A DNA stretch of 64,000 bases from NCBI GenBank assembly GCA_025356055.1, contig JANXUU010000133.1, forward strand, positions 11,570 through 75,569, read 5' to 3'. Under the pieces are notes generated by a model that saw only the letters and a program-made list of their open reading frames with translations, searched no databases and was not told the DNA's origin. Within the stretch, counting starts at the first letter, position 1; each line of letters begins with the position of its first letter. The DNA is from Sphingomonas sp. Its GTDB lineage: Bacteria > Pseudomonadota > Alphaproteobacteria > Sphingomonadales > Sphingomonadaceae. This document shows, in pieces, positions 30,728-41,498 of this stretch. The position numbers and the translations under genes were made by a program.

Positions 30728-32037
30728 GGAGCGGCGAGTTTCCTGACGGGCTGCCCAGCGGGGCTTACCCAGCTAAAGCCAGTGATTTGTGCATCGGCAA
30801 GCTCCTCAACAAATATTTCGCTGTTTTCGCGGTCCTTGAATGGGCCGATCAGCAGCTTCGTGCGCTCGCCGACGGTGCTGACGAACGGCCTGATGCCGGT
30901 GAACAGGTCAGGCTTGCGCGCGGCGAGACGGGCGAACTGGGCGCCGAGCGCGCCCTCGTCGAGCCCGCTGGCGAGCTGGACCCAGACGCGGCTTGGCGCG
31001 GGAGCGGCAACCAGGGCGGGTGGGAGCGTGCGGATCGGGTTCAGGGCGGCTTGCTGCGGCGCGATGGATGGCGCTGCCAATGGCGAAACTGGCTGTTTTA
31101 GAAGGGCCTCGATCCCGCCAAGCCGATTGGCGTTTCTTGGTTGCGGGCGACCGAGGCTGCCGATCGCCGGCGGGTGTGCGCTCACGGTACGCGGAGTGGG
31201 CAAGGGCGGCACCATGGCTGAGGCGAAGGGCGATGACGGTAGCGGGATCGCACTCGCCAGGCCGCCAGCGCCGCTCGGGATGATGCCGAGATGAACCGCG
31301 GCAGCCTTTTGCGCTGGGGAGAGGCTGGCGAGGCGGCGGAAGAAGGGGTCGAGGTGGCTTGCCATCCCCGGCATATTCGCCTCGAGCGTTCGATCGGCGC
31401 CGTCCGTGTCTCCCCCGAGCGCGGCGACGAACGCGCGCACACGGACGGTCGCGCTGTCGTGGCGTTGGGCGAGCGGGACCAACGTCGCCAGCGCCCCCAC
31501 CCGATTGCCCGAGATTGCCTGGCTCAGCGCCAGCCGGCGGCGCGCTTCATCGGGGTCGGGACCGGCCAGCGCGATCGTGTAGTCGGCCTGCGCCAGCGCC
31601 TGTTGGCCAAGCAGGTCGCGGGCAAGGCCACGGTCGAGTGCAAAGCTCGATACCGTTGCCCCAAGCCGGGCAGCGCGTTCGAACTCGGTCAGTGCGTGAC
31701 TCGCCTCGCCCATGGCAACCAGTGCAGCGCCCATACCCGCCTTGGGCGCCGCCGCGCTCGGCCAGACATCCGCAGCGCGGCCGAAGAAACCGACCGCCAC
31801 CTCGGCATCGCCGGTGGCAAGCGCCGCGCGCCCTGCGCCGACCAGTGCCTTATAGTCGCGCGGGCTTTGCGCGAGGATGCGGACGTTGCGGGCCAGCGCG
31901 TCGGCAGGATTCTCCGCGCCAAGTGGCGCCGCCGGAAGCGGCGGCGGGCTGCCGTCGATATATTGCGCTGCCGCTGGGGTCGCGGCGAGCAGCGCGCACA
32001 GGCCATAAGCCGCGCGCGAAACACTCAAGGTCGCCAT
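30724..32037 (-). CDS. Secreted TPR + SPOR domain protein
   Basis: Signal peptide, Ala/Leu-rich TPR-like repeats, C-terminal WVQLASG...LLIGPF SPOR domain. Confidence 0.8.
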   Translation of the reverse strand: MATLSVSRAAYGLCALLAATPAAAQYIDGSPPPLPAAPLGAENPADALARNVRILAQSPRDYKALVGAGRAALATGDAEVAVGFFGRAADVWPSAAAPKAGMGAALVAMGEASHALTEFERAARLGATVSSFALDRGLARDLLGQQALAQADYTIALAGPDPDEARRRLALSQAISGNRVGALATLVPLAQRHDSATVRVRAFVAALGGDTDGADRTLEANMPGMASHLDPFFRRLASLSPAQKAAAVHLGIIPSGAGGLASAIPLPSSPFASAMVPPLPTPRTVSAHPPAIGSLGRPQPRNANRLGGIEALLKQPVSPLAAPSIAPQQAALNPIRTLPPALVAAPAPSRVWVQLASGLDEGALGAQFARLAARKPDLFTGIRPFVSTVGERTKLLIGPFKDRENSEIFVEELADAQITGFSWVSPAGQPVRKLAAP

Positions 32038-32127
32038 GATCCTCCCCATGCCGCACTTCAGCTTGCTCCAGCCTTGCTGAAAAGCGGCTCGCGGCGAGGC
32101 GTGGCGCGGGGGCGGCGAACAGAGACG

Positions 32128-32154
32128 AAAAAGGGCGGAGGTTGCCCCCCGCCC
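32128..32154 (-). terminator. ftsZ terminator
   Basis: Minus strand GGGCGGGGGG-caa-CCTCCGCCC-TTTTT. Confidence 0.7.
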
Positions 32155-32180
32155 CCTTCGCCTGTTCCAAGTGTCCGCCG

Positions 32181-33515
32181 TTACTGGTTGTTCTGGCGGT
32201 TGAGGAAGCGCGGAATATCGATCGGCTCACGGCGAAAGCCGGGGCCGCCGTCCTCGTCGATGTTCGCCTTGGGAGCGCCACGCGCGATGTTCGACATGCG
32301 TTCGAACAGCGTGCCGGTGTCGCGCTTCGGCTCGGTTTCGTCGGCGGGCGGCGCGATCGGCGCGGCGCCGACCGGGCTGGTCAGGATATCATCACTGTCG
32401 AGCAACAGCTCGTCGCTCGCCTCGTCGGTGAGGTCGAGCGGCTCCTCGTCGGCCAGCGGTGCCGGGGCGGGCGCGAGCGCCGCCATCGCGGCGGGTGCGC
32501 GGCTGGTCGGGAAGGTGAACACCTTGCCCGGTTGCGGAGAGGCGAGGGCATCGACCTCGATCCCGGTGGCGACGACCGAGACGCGAATGCGGCCTTCCAT
32601 ATTGTTGTTGAACGCGGAACCCCAGATGATGTTCGCGTCGGGGTCGACCAGTTCCTTGATGTGACTGGCGGCCTCGTCGACTTCCATCAGGCGCATGTCC
32701 TCGCCGCCGGTGATCGAGATGATGACGCCCTTGGCGCCCTTCATGCTGACGCCATCGAGCAGCGGGTTCGAGATTGCCTTTTCGGCCGCCTCGATCGCGC
32801 GGTTATCGCCCGACGCCTCGCCGGTGCCCATCATCGCCTTACCCATCTCGCCCATCACCGAGCGGACGTCGGCAAAGTCGAGGTTGATAAGGCCCGGCAT
32901 GACCATCAGGTCGGTGATCCCGCGCACGCCCTGCTGAAGCACCTCGTCGGCCATTTCGAAGGCCTGCTTGAAGGTCGTTTCGGCAGAAGCGAGACGGAAC
33001 AGATTCTGGTTGGGAATAACGATCAGCGTATCGACATATTTCTGCAGTTCCTCGATCCCGGCGTCGGCCGCGCGACCGCGGCGCGAGCCTTCGAACGCGA
33101 ATGGCTTGGTCACGACTCCGACGGTCAGGATGCCGCGATCGCGCGCGGCTTTGGCGATGACCGGAGCAGCGCCGGTGCCGGTTCCCCCGCCCATGCCCGC
33201 GGCAATGAAGCACATGTGGGCGCCGTCAAGGGCGCGCTCGATGTCCTCGAGCGTCTCTTCGGCGGCAGCGCGACCGATCTCGGGTCGCGAGCCGGCGCCG
33301 AGCCCTTGCGTGATTTTGAGCCCGAGCTGGATTCTGCGGTCTGCCGAGCTGGCGTTGAGCGCCTGCGCGTCGGTGTTGGCAACGAGGAATTCGACCCCCT
33401 GGACGTCGGACTTGATCATGTTGGCAATGGCGTTGCCGCCCGCGCCGCCGACCCCGATGACCGTGATCCGGGGACGAAGCTCGTCGACTTCCGGACGGAC
33501 GAAATCGATACTCAT
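32181..33515 (-). CDS. ftsZ: Cell division protein FtsZ
   Basis: [26 protein letters not shown]-terminal DIPRFLNRQ. Confidence 0.99.
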   Translation of the reverse strand: MSIDFVRPEVDELRPRITVIGVGGAGGNAIANMIKSDVQGVEFLVANTDAQALNASSADRRIQLGLKITQGLGAGSRPEIGRAAAEETLEDIERALDGAHMCFIAAGMGGGTGTGAAPVIAKAARDRGILTVGVVTKPFAFEGSRRGRAADAGIEELQKYVDTLIVIPNQNLFRLASAETTFKQAFEMADEVLQQGVRGITDLMVMPGLINLDFADVRSVMGEMGKAMMGTGEASGDNRAIEAAEKAISNPLLDGVSMKGAKGVIISITGGEDMRLMEVDEAASHIKELVDPDANIIWGSAFNNNMEGRIRVSVVATGIEVDALASPQPGKVFTFPTSRAPAAMAALAPAPAPLADEEPLDLTDEASDELLLDSDDILTSPVGAAPIAPPADETEPKRDTGTLFERMSNIARGAPKANIDEDGGPGFRREPIDIPRFLNRQNNQ

Positions 33516-33573
33516 AGGACCAACCCCCAAATTGCCAACGCGCTGAACTGTGGTCCCAAATCTTGCACTATGC

Positions 33574-33674
33574 GACTCCGTCTCCCAAGCGAAAAATGGT
33601 CGAAAGTGGAAAAAAGGTCACCAGGCGATTCATTATGGCACATCAGTGAGTCCCGCGGGCATCAGGATTGAGTC
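33574..33674. promoter_or_regulatory. Cluster of four GANTC (CcrM) sites upstream of ftsZ
   Basis: GACTC 33574, GATTC 33627, GAGTC 33648, GAGTC 33670. Confidence 0.6.
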
Positions 33675-33683
33675 CCGGGCGCA

Positions 33684-34937
33684 TCAGTAACCCTGTTTAA
33701 GCGCGCCGATCAGCTTGCCCATGAAGCCGGTCGCCGCCCGCTTCTCGCGGACTGGTCCGGCGATGTCGCGAATGTCGCCCGATCCGCTGGCCGCGAGATT
33801 GGCCAGCCCGACCAGCGTCGCGAACGCCGGTCCGCTATGCGCTTCGGGTAACCCGGTGATGCTGCGCGGCCGCCCGACGCGAACCGCGCGGCCGAGCACG
33901 CCCTGCATGTAATCGGCGATGTTCTTGAGCTCCGCCCCGCCCCCGGTCAGCACGACCTGTCGCCCGACTGGCCCGGTGAAGCCGAGCTCCTTCAGCGCCT
34001 TCTCGATCTCGTTGGTCAGTGTCTCGATCCGCGCGCGAATGACCGTCATCAACTGAGCGCGGGTCAGCCGCAAAGGCTCGCCCAGATCGTCGCCGCCGAC
34101 TGGACGCGCGTCGATCATCTCGTGATTGTCGCGTGGGCTCGTCATCGCCGATCCGTAGAAGGTCTTCAATCGCTCGGCGTCGCGGCGCTGGATTCCGAAT
34201 GCGCAGGCGATGTCCTCGGTGATGTCCTTGGCGCCCAGCGGGATCGAGCGCAGCCCGACGAGCATCCCGCCGGCATGAAGCGAGACGTTGGTGACTTCGG
34301 CGCCAAGCTCGATCAGCGCGACCCCGATGTCGCGCTCCTCCTCGGTCAGGCAGGCAAGCCCGGCCGCGACCGGCGACGCGATGATCGCATTGACGCCAAG
34401 GTGCGCCGAGCGGATCACGAAATCGATATTCTTGAGCGGCGCCTCGTCGGCGGCGACGACGTGGATGTCGACCCCAAGCTTGTTGGCGAACAGACCGACC
34501 GGCTGCTTGACCCCCTGGTTGTCATCGATCGTGAACAGCGCCGGGTTGGCGTGGAGCACGACCTGGCGTTCGCGCTGGATCGCGCCGCGCCCGGCGACGA
34601 GCAACTGTTCGACATCGGCCTGCTCGACCTGGTGCCCGCCAAGCTCGACCTCGACCGTGGCGAGATCGCTGACCAGCCCGCCCGCGCCATAGCTCGCGAA
34701 GACGTCGTCGACGCTGACCCCCGCCATGCGCTCGGCGAGTTCGACCGCTTCGCGCACCGCGACTTCGCTCGCCTCCATGTCGGTGATGTAGCCGCGCTTG
34801 ACCCCGCGGCTTTCGCGCTGGCCGGTGCCGAGCACGCGCAGGCGTCCGTCGGGATCGCGTGCGACGATCATCGCGCTGACCTTCGACGAGCCGATGTCGA
34901 GCGCGGTGAACAGGGGTTGATCGGTATTGGCGGCCAC
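33684..34937 (-). CDS. ftsA: Cell division protein FtsA
   Basis: ALDIGSSKV, IELGAEVT, VVLTGGGAEL. Confidence 0.97.
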   Translation of the reverse strand: MAANTDQPLFTALDIGSSKVSAMIVARDPDGRLRVLGTGQRESRGVKRGYITDMEASEVAVREAVELAERMAGVSVDDVFASYGAGGLVSDLATVEVELGGHQVEQADVEQLLVAGRGAIQRERQVVLHANPALFTIDDNQGVKQPVGLFANKLGVDIHVVAADEAPLKNIDFVIRSAHLGVNAIIASPVAAGLACLTEEERDIGVALIELGAEVTNVSLHAGGMLVGLRSIPLGAKDITEDIACAFGIQRRDAERLKTFYGSAMTSPRDNHEMIDARPVGGDDLGEPLRLTRAQLMTVIRARIETLTNEIEKALKELGFTGPVGRQVVLTGGGAELKNIADYMQGVLGRAVRVGRPRSITGLPEAHSGPAFATLVGLANLAASGSGDIRDIAGPVREKRAATGFMGKLIGALKQGY

Positions 34938-34939
34938 TC

Positions 34940-35884
34940 TTAATCCTTGGTCGAAGTCGTGGCCGGAGCCGAAGCGCCGGCGGCATTGGCAGCGATCTCG
35001 GCTGGCGCGATCGCTTCGCCCGGTGCGCGCGGCAGGCGGACGGTCATCTTGCCCGGCAGGCGTAGGTCGAACCGCTTGAGCCCGCGCCCGAGGAGCCCGG
35101 CGGACTTGTCCATTTTCGCGAATTTCTCGAGCGCGTCTTTGGCCGCCTGTCCGCCTTCGGGGAGGACAACGGTCTCGCCCGACTGGAACGACAGGTCCCA
35201 GCGGCGCTGGCCGACCCAGTTGGCGGCGACAAGTTGCGGCTTAAGCGTCGGCACGCCCGACAACAGCCGGTCGAGCGCGGTCGCCTGGTCGTTGGCACCC
35301 GGCCCGATCAGCAGCGGCAAGTCGGGCATCTGCGACACCGGCACACGGTCGAGCACGACGCCGTTTTCATCGATCAGCGAGAGCTGCTCATGGTCCTGCC
35401 ACAGTGCGGCGGGCTTGCGCTCGACGATGTCGATGACCAGCCCGTCGGGGAGACGTCGCGACACACGCGCATCCTTGATCCAGCCATAGCGCAACAGCCG
35501 CTCGCGGATCGCACCAACGTCGACCAGCGCCTCGGCCGGCTTGCCGCCCGGGCTTCCCGCCTCGGCGGCGCGGTGGAGTTCATCGGTCACGACTTCGTCG
35601 ACCAGGCTGCGCTTCATCTTGTTGAGCCCGACAATCTGGTAGCCATCGACCGCAAATCCGGCGCGGCCAAGACCGTCGCCGATCGCGTTGCCGGCCTTGG
35701 CAGGAAGATCGAGCGCAACCGCGGCGACCGCAATGATCGCCACCACGAACAACCCGAAGGCATAGCCGGCGAGCCGGTTGGCATTTTTTTCCTGCACGGG
35801 AAGATGCGCGGCGATGCGTTTGGACACGCTCTTCGGTGCGGTCTTGCGATTGCGCGAGGCCGGACGGCGGACGGCGGCGTTCAT
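34940..35884 (-). CDS. ftsQ: Cell division protein FtsQ
   Basis: TM helix, POTRA (WIKDARVSRRLPD), IVERKPAALWQ, RRWDL, DLRLP; dcw position. Confidence 0.93.
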   Translation of the reverse strand: MNAAVRRPASRNRKTAPKSVSKRIAAHLPVQEKNANRLAGYAFGLFVVAIIAVAAVALDLPAKAGNAIGDGLGRAGFAVDGYQIVGLNKMKRSLVDEVVTDELHRAAEAGSPGGKPAEALVDVGAIRERLLRYGWIKDARVSRRLPDGLVIDIVERKPAALWQDHEQLSLIDENGVVLDRVPVSQMPDLPLLIGPGANDQATALDRLLSGVPTLKPQLVAANWVGQRRWDLSFQSGETVVLPEGGQAAKDALEKFAKMDKSAGLLGRGLKRFDLRLPGKMTVRLPRAPGEAIAPAEIAANAAGASAPATTSTKD

Positions 35885-36831
35885 TTGGCGCGCCCCAAAG
35901 CTTCCGCGATCAGCTGCTCGACCAGCTCGCCATAAGAAATGCCGCAATGGCGCGCCTGCTCGGGGACCAGGCTGAGCGGAGTCATCCCGGGCTGGGTGTT
36001 GACCTCGAGCAGGAAGATCCCCGCCTCGCCCTGCGCGTCATCCCAGCGGAAATCCGACCGCGATGCGCCCTTGCACCCAAGCAGTGCATGGCTGCGTGCC
36101 GCCATGTCCATCATCGAGGCGGAAATCTCGGCCGGAACCTCGGCGGGGCAGACATGTTCGGTCACCCCGTCAGTATATTTCGCCTCGAAATCATAGAAGT
36201 CGTTGTGCGGTTTCAGCTCGGTCACGCACAACGGCTTGCCGCCAAGCACCGCGACGGTGAGCTCCTTGCCGCGGATGAACGGCTCGGCGAGCAGCGAGGA
36301 AAAATCCTGCCACGGCCCCTTGGCCTCGCGCCCGATCGGGTTGCCCATGTTGCCGCCCTCGGTGACGATCGCGACCCCGACCGAAGAGCCCTCGTTGACG
36401 GGTTTGAGCACATAGGGGCGCGGCAGTGGGTCGTCCGCGTAGAGGCTCTCGCTGTCGACCACCTTGCCCGCGGGCATGCGGATGCCGTGGGGCACGAGCA
36501 CCGCCTTGGTCAGTTCCTTGTCGATCGCGACCGCCGAGGTGGTGCAGCCCGAATGGGTGTAGGGAATGCCCATCAGGTCGAGCATCCCCTGCACCGTCCC
36601 GTCCTCGCCCGGCGTGCCGTGGAGCGCGTTGAAGACGACGTCGGGCGCAAGATCGTACAGGCGAGACGCGACCTCACGGTCCATGTCGAGCTCGGTGATC
36701 CGCTCATATCCGCGTTCGCGAAGGGCCTGCGCGACCCCCTTGCCGCTCATCAGCGACACCGGCCGCTCGGCCGACCAGCCACCCATCAGCACGACGATGT
36801 GAAGGTTCCTGTCGAGTCCAGCCACGCTCAC
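35881..36831 (-). CDS. ddl: D-alanine-D-alanine ligase
   Basis: GGWSAERPVSL, ALHGTPGEDG, EGSSVG, EVNTQPG; GTG start overlaps murB stop. Confidence 0.96.
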   Translation of the reverse strand: MSVAGLDRNLHIVVLMGGWSAERPVSLMSGKGVAQALRERGYERITELDMDREVASRLYDLAPDVVFNALHGTPGEDGTVQGMLDLMGIPYTHSGCTTSAVAIDKELTKAVLVPHGIRMPAGKVVDSESLYADDPLPRPYVLKPVNEGSSVGVAIVTEGGNMGNPIGREAKGPWQDFSSLLAEPFIRGKELTVAVLGGKPLCVTELKPHNDFYDFEAKYTDGVTEHVCPAEVPAEISASMMDMAARSHALLGCKGASRSDFRWDDAQGEAGIFLLEVNTQPGMTPLSLVPEQARHCGISYGELVEQLIAEALGRAK

Positions 36832-37715
36832 GCTTCTCCGATCCGCTGGATTTCCCACTCGAGCAGGATGCCCGAACTAGCTTCGACGCGGCGGCGAACT
36901 TCCTCGCCCAGCGCCTCGATTTCCGCAGACGTCGCGCTACCGAGGTTAAGCAGGAAGTTGCAATGCTTCTGAGATACTTGCGCGTCGCCGATGGTCAGGC
37001 CCCGGCAGCCGGCCTCGTCGATCAGCGCCCATGCCTTGTGGCCCGGCGGGTTCGTGAAGGTCGATCCGCCGGTGCGGCTGCGCAATGGCTGCGAGTCTTC
37101 GCGCGCCTGGGCGATGCGGTCCATCTCGGCCCCGATCGCGGCGGCGTCGCCGGGGGTTCCGCGCAGGGTGGCGGAGACCACGACAGCGCCTTCGGGGAGG
37201 TCGGAGTGGCGATAGGTGTAGCCAAGGCGGTCGAGCGACCATTGCTCGACGCAGCCGTCGCGCAGGACGAGCTTCGCACTGACCAGAATGTCGGCGACTT
37301 CGCGTCCATAAGCGCCACCGTTCATCCGCACGAACCCGCCGACCGTGCCGGGAATCCCGCGCAAGAACTCGAGCCCCGCAATCCCGGCGTCCCGCGCGGT
37401 CGAGGAGACGAGGATGCCACTCGCCCCGCCGCCACAGCGGAGCGTGACGTCGTCGAGCTTCTCGATCCTGGCGAACGGTTTGCCGAGGCGGATCGTTACC
37501 CCGGGAACCCCGCCATCGCGCACGATCATGTTCGAGCCGAGGCCGAGCGCCATCACCGGAATCAAGGGGTTGAGGTCGCGAAGAAATCCGATCAGGTCCT
37601 CCTCGTCCGCCGGCTCGAACAGCGTTTGCGCCATGCCGCCCGACTTGAACCAGACCAGCGGGGCGAGCGGGGCCTGCTCGGTCAGCTGGCCGCGAACGGT
37701 TACGCCGACGCTCAT
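36828..37715 (-). CDS. murB: UDP-N-acetylenolpyruvoylglucosamine reductase
   Basis: [37 protein letters not shown]. Confidence 0.96.
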   Translation of the reverse strand: MSVGVTVRGQLTEQAPLAPLVWFKSGGMAQTLFEPADEEDLIGFLRDLNPLIPVMALGLGSNMIVRDGGVPGVTIRLGKPFARIEKLDDVTLRCGGGASGILVSSTARDAGIAGLEFLRGIPGTVGGFVRMNGGAYGREVADILVSAKLVLRDGCVEQWSLDRLGYTYRHSDLPEGAVVVSATLRGTPGDAAAIGAEMDRIAQAREDSQPLRSRTGGSTFTNPPGHKAWALIDEAGCRGLTIGDAQVSQKHCNFLLNLGSATSAEIEALGEEVRRRVEASSGILLEWEIQRIGEA

Positions 37716-39124
37716 TTCGTCGCCCGCGCCATGCATACCCCGTCGGCCAGCGCTGCTGCCCATTTCGTAATGTCGCCAGCGCCCATGCAGATCACGAGAT
37801 CGCCCGCAGCCGCAAGGTCACGCAAGCCGTCGCAGAGGTCGTCGAGGTCGGCAACGGTGCGCACCATGCGGTGGCCGTGAGCGCGAAGTCCTTCCGCGAG
37901 CGCCGCCGAATCGATCCCTTCGATCGGAGCCTCGCCGGCGGCATATACCGGCGCGACGAACACCACGTCGGCTTCGTTGAAGGCGTTCTGGAAGTCTTCC
38001 ATCAGGTCGCGCAGCCGAGTGAAGCGGTGCGGCTGGACAACCGCGATGACGCGCTCAGTTGCAGCCTCGCGCGCCGCCGACAGCACCGCCATGATCTCGA
38101 CCGGGTGATGCGCATAATCGTCGATGATCACCGTGCCGTCGACTTCGCCGACCTTGGTGAAGCGCCGCTTTACCCCCTGAAACCGTGCAAAACCGCCGAC
38201 GATCGTGGCATTGTCCATGCCAAGCTCGATCCCGACCGCGATGGCGGCGAGCGAGTTCAGGACATTGTGCCGGCCTGGCATTGGAACGTGAATTCCGCAA
38301 ATCGACCGTTTGGTCCCATCACGCTGGAGGACGGTGGCATCATACCGCGTGCCATCGGGCCCGGTGGTCACATTGTCCGCGCGCAAGTCTGCAAGCGCCG
38401 AAAAGCCGTACGTCACGATGCGCCGGTCACGGATCCGGCTGAGCATGTTCTGGACTTCGGGATGGTCGACGCACAATATCGCCAGCCCGTAGAAAGGGAC
38501 ATTCTCGACGAATTCGACAAAGGCGTCCTTGACCGCCTCGAAGTTGCCATAGTGATCGAGATGCTCGGGATCGATGTTGGTGACGACCGCGATCGTCCCG
38601 TCGAGGCGCAGGAAACTGCCGTCGCTCTCGTCGGCCTCGACCACCATCCAGTCGGATTTGCCGAGCCGCGCGTTCGAGCCATAGGCGTTGATGACCCCGC
38701 CGTTGATTACCGTCGGGTCGATCCCCCCTGCGTCGAGCATCGCCGCGATCATGCTCGTGGTTGTCGTCTTGCCGTGGGTGCCGGCGACCGCGATCGTCGA
38801 TCCCATCCGCATCAATTCGGCGAGCATTTCAGCGCGACGCACGAGGGGCAGGCGCCGCTCGATCGCGGCCTCGACCTCGGGGTTGCCGCGCGCGATCGCG
38901 GTCGAGCAGACCACCACGCTGGCGTCGCCCAGATTATCCGCCGAATGACCGATCGTCACCGGGATTCCGACCTTGCGCAGACCCTCGACGGCATAGCCTT
39001 CGACCTGGTCCGAGCCCTGCACCTGGTAGCCCAGTTGATGCATCACCTCGGCGATGCCCGACATTCCAATCCCGCCGATGCCGACGAAGTGGATCACCCC
39101 GATCTCGGTCCCCATCGCCTTCAT
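37712..39124 (-). CDS. murC: UDP-N-acetylmuramate-L-alanine ligase
   Basis: [34 protein letters not shown]. Confidence 0.97.
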   Translation of the reverse strand: MKAMGTEIGVIHFVGIGGIGMSGIAEVMHQLGYQVQGSDQVEGYAVEGLRKVGIPVTIGHSADNLGDASVVVCSTAIARGNPEVEAAIERRLPLVRRAEMLAELMRMGSTIAVAGTHGKTTTTSMIAAMLDAGGIDPTVINGGVINAYGSNARLGKSDWMVVEADESDGSFLRLDGTIAVVTNIDPEHLDHYGNFEAVKDAFVEFVENVPFYGLAILCVDHPEVQNMLSRIRDRRIVTYGFSALADLRADNVTTGPDGTRYDATVLQRDGTKRSICGIHVPMPGRHNVLNSLAAIAVGIELGMDNATIVGGFARFQGVKRRFTKVGEVDGTVIIDDYAHHPVEIMAVLSAAREAATERVIAVVQPHRFTRLRDLMEDFQNAFNEADVVFVAPVYAAGEAPIEGIDSAALAEGLRAHGHRMVRTVADLDDLCDGLRDLAAAGDLVICMGAGDITKWAAALADGVCMARATK

Positions 39125-40278
39125 GCGGCGACGCCATTGGCCGGAACGGGCGAAGTCCGGCGCGGCTCGAGGCTCGACCCGACCAGCAACGGCGACAGCC
39201 CGCCCGCGATCCGCTCGACAAGGTCGGCAAGGTCGCGCGCGGCGTGGGGCCTTCCGACCGACAGCGAGCGAGCGGCCGCATTGGCGAGCGCCTGTGGATC
39301 GGCGGCAAGCGCCTCGATCTGCCGCGCCAGCGCTTCTGGCGTAAAGTCGGCCTGCGCGATCATCCGCGCGCCGCCCGCCGCCGCCATCTCGCGCGCATTC
39401 ACGGTCTGGTGATCGTCGGCGGCGCTGGGCAAGGGCACAAGGATCGCAGGGCGCCCGGCCGCAGTAAGCTCCGCAATCGTCGACGCCCCCGCGCGCGCAA
39501 TGACGAGGTGCGCATCGGCAAGCTTATCGGGCATATCGCCGATATAGGTCATCAGTTCGGCCGGAATGCCGAGCTCGCGATAGGTCGCGCGGACCGCCTC
39601 GATGTCGTCGGGCCGACACTGCTGGACGACTTGCAGCCGCATTCTAAGCGAAGGCGACAGCGCACCGAGTCCTGCGGGAACGACCCGCCCAAGCACGCTT
39701 GCCCCCTGGCTTCCGCCGGTAACGAGGATTTTCAACGGCGCGGTCTCGTCGAACAATGGGAACGGTGCCTCGCCGAGCCGCGCGACGCTCTCCCGCACCG
39801 GGTTGCCGACAAGAACGGTTTTCGCGAGGAACGCGGGTTTCAACCGCTCGACATTGGCATAGGCGGTGGCGATCGCCTTGGCGTTTCCCGCCACCATTCG
39901 ATTGACCCGCCCGAGCAGCGCATTCTGCTCATGGATAATCGTCGGAACCCCCAGCGAGCTCGCCGCGAGCAGCGCTGGAAACGCCGGATAACCGCCAAAT
40001 CCAACAACGACCTGAGCCCCCGCCTCGCGATAAAGCGCCTTGGCCATCCGCCGCCCAGCCATCACCGCGCGCGCCGCCTTGAGCCACCCGATCGGCCCCC
40101 CGCCAAGCCGCCCGGCGGGCAGGACATGCGTCTCGATTCCCTCGAACAGCCCGGGAATCTTCTTGCCGCGCTCGTCGGTGACCAGCTTGACCGCATGCCC
40201 CCGGCTGCGCAGTTCGCCCGCCAGCGCGTGGGCCGGAACCATATGCCCGCCGGTCCCGCCCGCGGCGAGGAAGATCAT
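39121..40278 (-). CDS. murG: Lipid II GlcNAc transferase
   Basis: AGGTGGH, GFGGY, HEQN, GNPVR, GGSQGA, RAGAST; ATG overlaps the ftsW TGA. Confidence 0.96.
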   Translation of the reverse strand: MIFLAAGGTGGHMVPAHALAGELRSRGHAVKLVTDERGKKIPGLFEGIETHVLPAGRLGGGPIGWLKAARAVMAGRRMAKALYREAGAQVVVGFGGYPAFPALLAASSLGVPTIIHEQNALLGRVNRMVAGNAKAIATAYANVERLKPAFLAKTVLVGNPVRESVARLGEAPFPLFDETAPLKILVTGGSQGASVLGRVVPAGLGALSPSLRMRLQVVQQCRPDDIEAVRATYRELGIPAELMTYIGDMPDKLADAHLVIARAGASTIAELTAAGRPAILVPLPSAADDHQTVNAREMAAAGGARMIAQADFTPEALARQIEALAADPQALANAAARSLSVGRPHAARDLADLVERIAGGLSPLLVGSSLEPRRTSPVPANGVAA

Positions 40279-41498
40279 CAGTCGGGAAGGCAATCGCCGC
40301 TCCATTTCACGACATAGGGGGAGCGCGCGAGATAGGGGTTTCGCCGGGTGAAGGCGAGCAGCAATCCCATGCCGATCGACAGCGCCAGCATCGACGAGCC
40401 GCCATAGCTGATGAACGGCAGGGTCATCCCCTTCGACGGGGCGAGCTGAACGTTGACCGCCATGTTGATCAGCGCCTGAAGCCCGAACTCGATGACCAGC
40501 CCGGCTCCGGCGAGGATCGCGAACAAATTCTCCTCGTCGAGCAGCTTGACCAGCACCCGAACGACGATCGCAAGGTAGAGCAGCGCGATCGCGAGGCAGG
40601 CGATCAGCCCGAACTCCTCGCCGATGACCGAGAAGATATAGTCGGTGTGTGGCTCCGGCAGCCCGAACTTGCGCGTCCCCCCACCCGGCCCCATCCCGAA
40701 CAGCCCGCCTGCGGTCAGCGTGCGCAGCGCATTGTCGACTTGGAAGGTGTCCCCTTCGCCGAACAGGAACGCGTTGATCCGCGTCGTCGCGACCGAGTAG
40801 AACAGATAGGCCAGGATCACCGCCACCACCGCGCCCCCGGCAAGAATGCCGAGCGTGCGCAGCTTGACCCCGCCGAGCGCGAGCAGGGCGACCCACACCG
40901 AGCCGAAAATGATCGTCGATCCGAAGTCAGGCTGGCGCATCAGCATCACCGCGATCAGCCCGGTGAGCAGGCCGCTGATCGCGAACACGGGCAGGCTCTT
41001 GTCGGTTTCGCGCAGGGACAGCAGCCACGCCAGCGCCACGACGAAGAACGGCTTCAGAAACTCCGACGGCTGGAATTGCGCGAAGCCGAACCCGATCCAG
41101 CGCTTGGCCCCGTTCACCTCCGGCCCGATGATCGGCACGAACACCAGCGCGACCATGCAGATCACCGCGCCGAGCAGCGACAGCCGCCGCGCCCGTTCAC
41201 GCGACATCATCGAGATCAGGATCATCACCGGCAGCGAGATCGCGATCCACAGCAGCTGGCGATAGAAATAATGGAGCGAATTGAGGTGCACCGTTCCGCC
41301 AGAATAACGCTCCGCCACCGCTGGGGATGCGGCGGCAACCGCGATCAGCCCGATCCCGATCAGCACCGCGATCAGCAGCAGGAGGACGCGGTCGATCTCC
41401 CAGAACCAGCGCCCCATGGCTGAACGGTCCGACCGCCCGTAGCGGTTGGGATCGACCAGTTGCCGCGCCTTGATCGTGCCCGCGATGATCCTGTTCAT
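40278..41498 (-). CDS. ftsW: SEDS peptidoglycan polymerase FtsW
   Basis: NGAKRWI, QPSEFLK, QPDFG, HTDYIFS, KGMTLPFISYGGSS. Confidence 0.96.
   Translation of the reverse strand: MNRIIAGTIKARQLVDPNRYGRSDRSAMGRWFWEIDRVLLLLIAVLIGIGLIAVAAASPAVAERYSGGTVHLNSLHYFYRQLLWIAISLPVMILISMMSRERARRLSLLGAVICMVALVFVPIIGPEVNGAKRWIGFGFAQFQPSEFLKPFFVVALAWLLSLRETDKSLPVFAISGLLTGLIAVMLMRQPDFGSTIIFGSVWVALLALGGVKLRTLGILAGGAVVAVILAYLFYSVATTRINAFLFGEGDTFQVDNALRTLTAGGLFGMGPGGGTRKFGLPEPHTDYIFSVIGEEFGLIACLAIALLYLAIVVRVLVKLLDEENLFAILAGAGLVIEFGLQALINMAVNVQLAPSKGMTLPFISYGGSSMLALSIGMGLLLAFTRRNPYLARSPYVVKWSGDCLPD

Noticed and set aside
31291-33671. Plus-strand ORFs of 457 aa and 509 aa opposite ftsZ and the TPR-SPOR gene
   Set aside because: Shadow ORFs of highly conserved genes; no RBS or motif support
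37871-40317. Long plus-strand ORFs (513 aa and 518 aa) opposite murC/murG
   Set aside because: Antisense shadow frames expected at high GC3; no recognisable motifs and Arg/Ala/Pro-rich composition
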